Below are positions 57,438 through 64,000 of a DNA stretch of 64,000 nt, piece by piece. Source of the DNA: Nannocystis bainbridge (GTDB lineage Bacteria; Myxococcota_A; Polyangia; Nannocystales; Nannocystaceae); assembly GCF_028368995.1 (NCBI RefSeq), contig NZ_JAQNDL010000003.1, positions 1,888,001-1,952,000 on the forward strand, given 5' to 3'. The notes under the pieces are model-generated. The model was given only the letters and a program-made list of their open reading frames with translations, had not been told where the DNA came from and searched no databases. Positions within the stretch are counted from its first letter, which is position 1; each line of letters begins with the position of its first letter. Position numbers and translations under genes: made by a program.

Positions 57438-58174
57438 CACGCCTGGCCCCGCGTGAACCGGGCCCGGTACGCCCGCGCCGCCGGCACGCCGATCAGCGTC
57501 GGCAGCACCCACGGCAGGAACGCGAGGCCGGGCGGCAGCGCCCCCGCCAGCAGGCGCTCGGCGTTGAACACGCTGAACGCGGTGAGCGCGGCGATCACGG
57601 CCCCGAGCATGCTGTCGAGGTGGCGCAACAGCCAGGCCCGGCGCTCGGTCTGCGGGCGCAGGTGGTAGCGCAGGTCGCCCCAGCCGCCGAGGCTGCCGAT
57701 CGCCCCGAACACGATCATCAGCACGCTGCCGTGGCAGAGCCCCGCGATCGCCAGCGCGGCCCCGGTGCCGAGCACGAACACCGCCATGGCCCGGTCGACC
57801 AGCGCACCGTGGACCGCCCGCCGGCGCCCGACCGCGACCGCCCGCAGCCCGCTCGTCACCGATTGGAGGATCAGCACCCCGAGGTAGGCGAGGAAGCAGC
57901 CGAACTGGCGCATCATCGCCACCCGCGCCGCCGCCTCCTCGGGGCTCAGCAGCGTCGTCGGCGGCTTCACGGTCAGCGGGATCGTGATCCACAGGCTGGC
58001 GATCACCAGCCCCGAGACGGCCGTGAAGGCCATGGCGGCGACGAAGGCCATGCCGACCCAGCGGTGCCAGGCGCCGCCCTTGCGGGCCACCAGCGGCGGG
58101 ACGAGGGTCAAAAGGCTCACCACGCCGGCGACGATGTGGACGGTGACGAGGGGCAGATAAAAGAGCTCGCGCAT
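57437..58174 (-). CDS. DUF2306-like membrane protein
   Basis: HIVAG, RKGGAWHRWVG, WLLRHL..MLG..IAALTAF. Confidence 0.8.
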   Translation of the reverse strand: MRELFYLPLVTVHIVAGVVSLLTLVPPLVARKGGAWHRWVGMAFVAAMAFTAVSGLVIASLWITIPLTVKPPTTLLSPEEAAARVAMMRQFGCFLAYLGVLILQSVTSGLRAVAVGRRRAVHGALVDRAMAVFVLGTGAALAIAGLCHGSVLMIVFGAIGSLGGWGDLRYHLRPQTERRAWLLRHLDSMLGAVIAALTAFSVFNAERLLAGALPPGLAFLPWVLPTLIGVPAARAYRARFTRGQA

Positions 58175-58613
58175 CGGCTTCACGGCGAGGATGGACCCCC
58201 GCCCCGGCCGCCGCCGCACCCGCCGGACGGGCGGCGTGGAACTCCCGATGAACGGCGCCGGCCGGCCGACGAGCGCGGCGCCGCCGTCCCGGCCGGAGCA
58301 GGACCGCCGGCCCTGCACCCACGCAGGACCGCGCGCGAGAGGCTCCGTTCACGCCCATGATTGCGAGCCGGTCGACGCCCCCACGACACAGCATGCGACC
58401 GGACGCCGAAGCCATCGGCTCCGACGCATGGCGAGCGAGACGAGGGCTGCTCACAGCGTGTACGGGCTCGAGCCGGGTGACCGGCTCCGAGCGAGCGGCA
58501 TCCTCGTCAAGAGGCCCACGGCGCGAGGCGTGTCGCCGATGCGCGCGAACAGTGCTGTCACCTCCCGCCGCTCGACCTGCCCTACCCGGCTCGATCGGGG
58601 CTGGGACCTGCTG

Positions 58614-59051
58614 TCAGCCCTTCAGCCGAAACTCGGCCCGCAGGCGCGCCCGGAGCTCGAGCACCTCCTGTCTCTCGGGACAGGCGAACGGACCGCCGAA
58701 CAGCAGCCCGCCGACCAGCCACAGCCCGACCGTCTGGAATCCGACGAACAGCGACTCCGCGGCGAACCGCTCTGGCGTCCAGAAGGCGACTTCCTCGCCG
58801 CCGAGCACGAGGGTCAAGAGCGGCGCGGCGAGCAGCACCGCCGCCGCCGCGAGGAGCGGGCGCGCCGGCAAGGCGGTGCCGCGGCGGGCGTAGTGGACCG
58901 CCGAGCCGAGCACGATCGCCAGCGTGCCGAGCCCGGAGGCCTCCGCGGTAGCGTCGATGGACACGCGGCCGAGCGCGGCGATGAACAGCCCGATCGCCGC
59001 GGCGATCTTGAGCACCGCGACGAACATCACCAGGCCGAAGAACAACTTCAC
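58614..59051 (-). CDS. Small multi-TM hypothetical protein
   Basis: Four hydrophobic helices. Confidence 0.65.
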   Translation of the reverse strand: MKLFFGLVMFVAVLKIAAAIGLFIAALGRVSIDATAEASGLGTLAIVLGSAVHYARRGTALPARPLLAAAAVLLAAPLLTLVLGGEEVAFWTPERFAAESLFVGFQTVGLWLVGGLLFGGPFACPERQEVLELRARLRAEFRLKG

Positions 59052-59194
59052 GCGAGCAGGATACCGCCGCCGCGACCCGGTTCAAGACCGCCGCCGCGTC
59101 CTCCGGCAGGACGACGTTCAGCCCGGCCGGCCCGCGACCGCGGCAGGCGCCCGCCACGAGCCCCAGGGACGCGGCCATCCGCGAGCGCCTGCCC

Positions 59195-59410
59195 ACCACA
59201 TGTCTCTCAGGGCATGACCTCGAGGACGGGTCTATCGTCGAGCGCACCACGCCCCGGGTCACCGGGCGACGCCGTCACTGAAACCTGCCCCCATGAACAT
59301 GTCCTAAAGGTCATGAATAGAATCGCCCTGCGGCTCGCCGGGTCTCGACCTCGCAATGGCATCACTGTTAGATAACCCAAAAGACATATCTTCAAAGACA
59401 TGTCCCGAGG
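59195..59410. repeat. REP-like CATG palindrome cluster (three degenerate groups)
   Basis: 14-bp-spaced pairs at 59199/59213, 59298/59312, 59385/59399. Confidence 0.75.
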
Positions 59411-59416
59411 ACCCTC

Positions 59417-62227
<2,811 letters not shown>

Positions 62228-62427
62228 GCCGGCCAGCGGCTTATACCCCGGCGCCCGGGCAGCGTGTAGCCGCGTCGTCGTCGTCCGGGCCCGGCCGCGA
62301 GGCGCGAGCTCGGCGTCGAGGAACGGCTTGCGGTCGAAGCGCGCGGCGAAGCTGGCGAAGAAGGCCGGGTCGATCGCCAGGGTCGCTCCGGCCCAGCGCC
62401 CGCCCCCGGCCTGCTGCCCTCACACGG

Positions 62428-63696
62428 CTAGCGGGTGTCAGGCACCTCCTGCACCCAATGAAAGCCGCGCATCAAGATGTACGCGTGCTCGGTGTCGCGG
62501 CGGCGGAGGTGAATCGTCGCGCGCCCGGGGCCAGGCGGGCCGGTGAGCACCAGCTCGTCGCTCGCCAGGCGGGCGACTGCGAGGACCCGCGGAGGCTCGG
62601 AGACGTCGAGGCGCGTGAGGGTGAGCGTATCGTTGGCCGCGTCGTGCTCGAGGCTGAATCGCCGGCGTTCACCATTCGCGGTGTGCACCATGGCCATCCC
62701 CGGGTGGGCGACCAGGAGTCGTCGCCAGCGCAGTTCGCCGGGCTGCGGTTCGCCCTCGAGCTCGAATTGGTCGACATCCCAGACGCCGTGGAAGGCGGGC
62801 CTGTCGTCGGCTCTGGCCAGCCGCGCGGCGCGCTGCTGCCATTGTTCGACGCCCCACCACGAGACGAGCAGGACGAAGCCCGCCTTGGCCACCACGCGGG
62901 CGATTCCCAGACCACGCCCGAGGCGCGGGGCGCTGTGATCGACGGGGTCGGTGCCGCGATTGCGCACGAACACGTCGAGGATCCGGCGCACGTCGGGCGC
63001 CGCCAGGAATACGGCCGAGAGCAGGAAGAACGACGAGTAGATCTTCACCGGCACGTCGAAGCAGAAGTTCATCATCGCCACGTTCGCCAGGACGCCGATG
63101 AGGATGAGCGCGCCGAGGGTTGTGGTGCGGCGGGACAGCAGGAGGACGGCGCCCATGACCTCGGCGAGCCCGGCGAAGGCCTGATAGGTCGGCGAGAAGC
63201 CCATGAAGGTCCACAGCAGGCCGGCCGGCGACGAGTCGGCGTAGGTCCGCTCCAGCATGAGCGGATCCAGCGCCATCTGACGGCCGAACACCTTGATGAG
63301 CCCGTACGAGAACATGTGCTGGGCCAGCGAATAGCGCACGATGATGCGAAACCACCCGAGAATGGTGTCGTACGTCGATTGCCGGCGTACGTACGCGGCG
63401 CAGCCGATGGCCCCGACCGCAGCGATCACGAGGTACCAGAACTCCTGCACGTAATTCCAGGTCATGTCGCTGCTACCGGCAGGCATGGTGGAGATCGGCC
63501 CCTCGATCCCGAAGACCGCGTTGCCCAGCGTCGGCATGAGCGCCGACCATAATTGAATCCACCCCATCGCCAGCAGTTCGCCGACCCGCGGGACCTCGAA
63601 TACCAGCAGCGGGATACCGTTGAGGCACAAAAAAAGCCCGAGGAAGATGACCCCGAGCCGTACTCCCAGCCTCCAGCGCATCGCTTCACTGTCCAT
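62428..63696 (-). CDS. DoxX-like integral membrane protein
   Basis: YGLIKVF..Q, SP.GLLWTFMGFS..Y..FAG.AE, NFCFDVPVK. Confidence 0.85.
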   Translation of the reverse strand: MDSEAMRWRLGVRLGVIFLGLFLCLNGIPLLVFEVPRVGELLAMGWIQLWSALMPTLGNAVFGIEGPISTMPAGSSDMTWNYVQEFWYLVIAAVGAIGCAAYVRRQSTYDTILGWFRIIVRYSLAQHMFSYGLIKVFGRQMALDPLMLERTYADSSPAGLLWTFMGFSPTYQAFAGLAEVMGAVLLLSRRTTTLGALILIGVLANVAMMNFCFDVPVKIYSSFFLLSAVFLAAPDVRRILDVFVRNRGTDPVDHSAPRLGRGLGIARVVAKAGFVLLVSWWGVEQWQQRAARLARADDRPAFHGVWDVDQFELEGEPQPGELRWRRLLVAHPGMAMVHTANGERRRFSLEHDAANDTLTLTRLDVSEPPRVLAVARLASDELVLTGPPGPGRATIHLRRRDTEHAYILMRGFHWVQEVPDTR

Positions 63697-64000
63697 CCAG
63701 TCTGCTCCTCGAGCCAGCCGACAGCGCACGGACAGGAAAGTTCCCGGGGTTGGCGCGCGTCAGGGATGGACGCTCGTGGCTGCGCCGGGGCCGACGCGCG
63801 CGGCGGGCTCGGGGCCGATTCGGCCCGGAGGACCGAGCAACGCATCACGTATGTATCAGGGCGTGAGGCGGCGCGCTCGGCGGGAGCCAGGACACAGCTG
63901 GCAGAGCGCGGCTTGCGCTGCCCCCCCCTGCGAGCCAGATCGGCGCCATCGCCGAACAGTCACACATGGCCGCACAATGTCGATCAGAAGTTCAAATTGT

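Overview
Very GC-rich myxobacterial DNA, probably Nannocystaceae (Cys-rich repeat proteins, a MYXO-CTERM-like protease, many Ser/Thr kinases). It has three parts. (1) 1-16.5 kb is accessory cargo: a vgrG running off the left edge (absent from the ORF track), a kinase/VKOR-DsbA/OmpA-like/TlpA-like operon, Cys-rich surface proteins and a tandem dual kinase module. (2) About 16.6-42.6 kb is the core of an integrated element. An iteron-like 11-bp array and a divergent Rep/regulator candidate precede a ~24-kb co-oriented run of about 23 genes: beta-rich virion-like proteins, many membrane-anchored proteins, two peptidoglycan hydrolases, a 2739-aa DarB-like methylase-helicase, an excisionase and a tyrosine integrase. 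I could not recognise a terminase, portal, HK97 capsid, tail, packaging ATPase, relaxase or T4SS gene. This is the best candidate for an undescribed system, possibly a membrane-containing or vesicle-borne virus-like element, and it appears to insert at the 3' end of a protein-coding gene rather than a tRNA. (3) 42.6-64 kb is host-like chromosome (pdxH, hydrolases, LytS/LytTR, kinase) whose gene 3' regions carry a REP-like family of CATG-centred palindromes on a 14-bp period. All calls come from reading motifs by eye; no searches were run.
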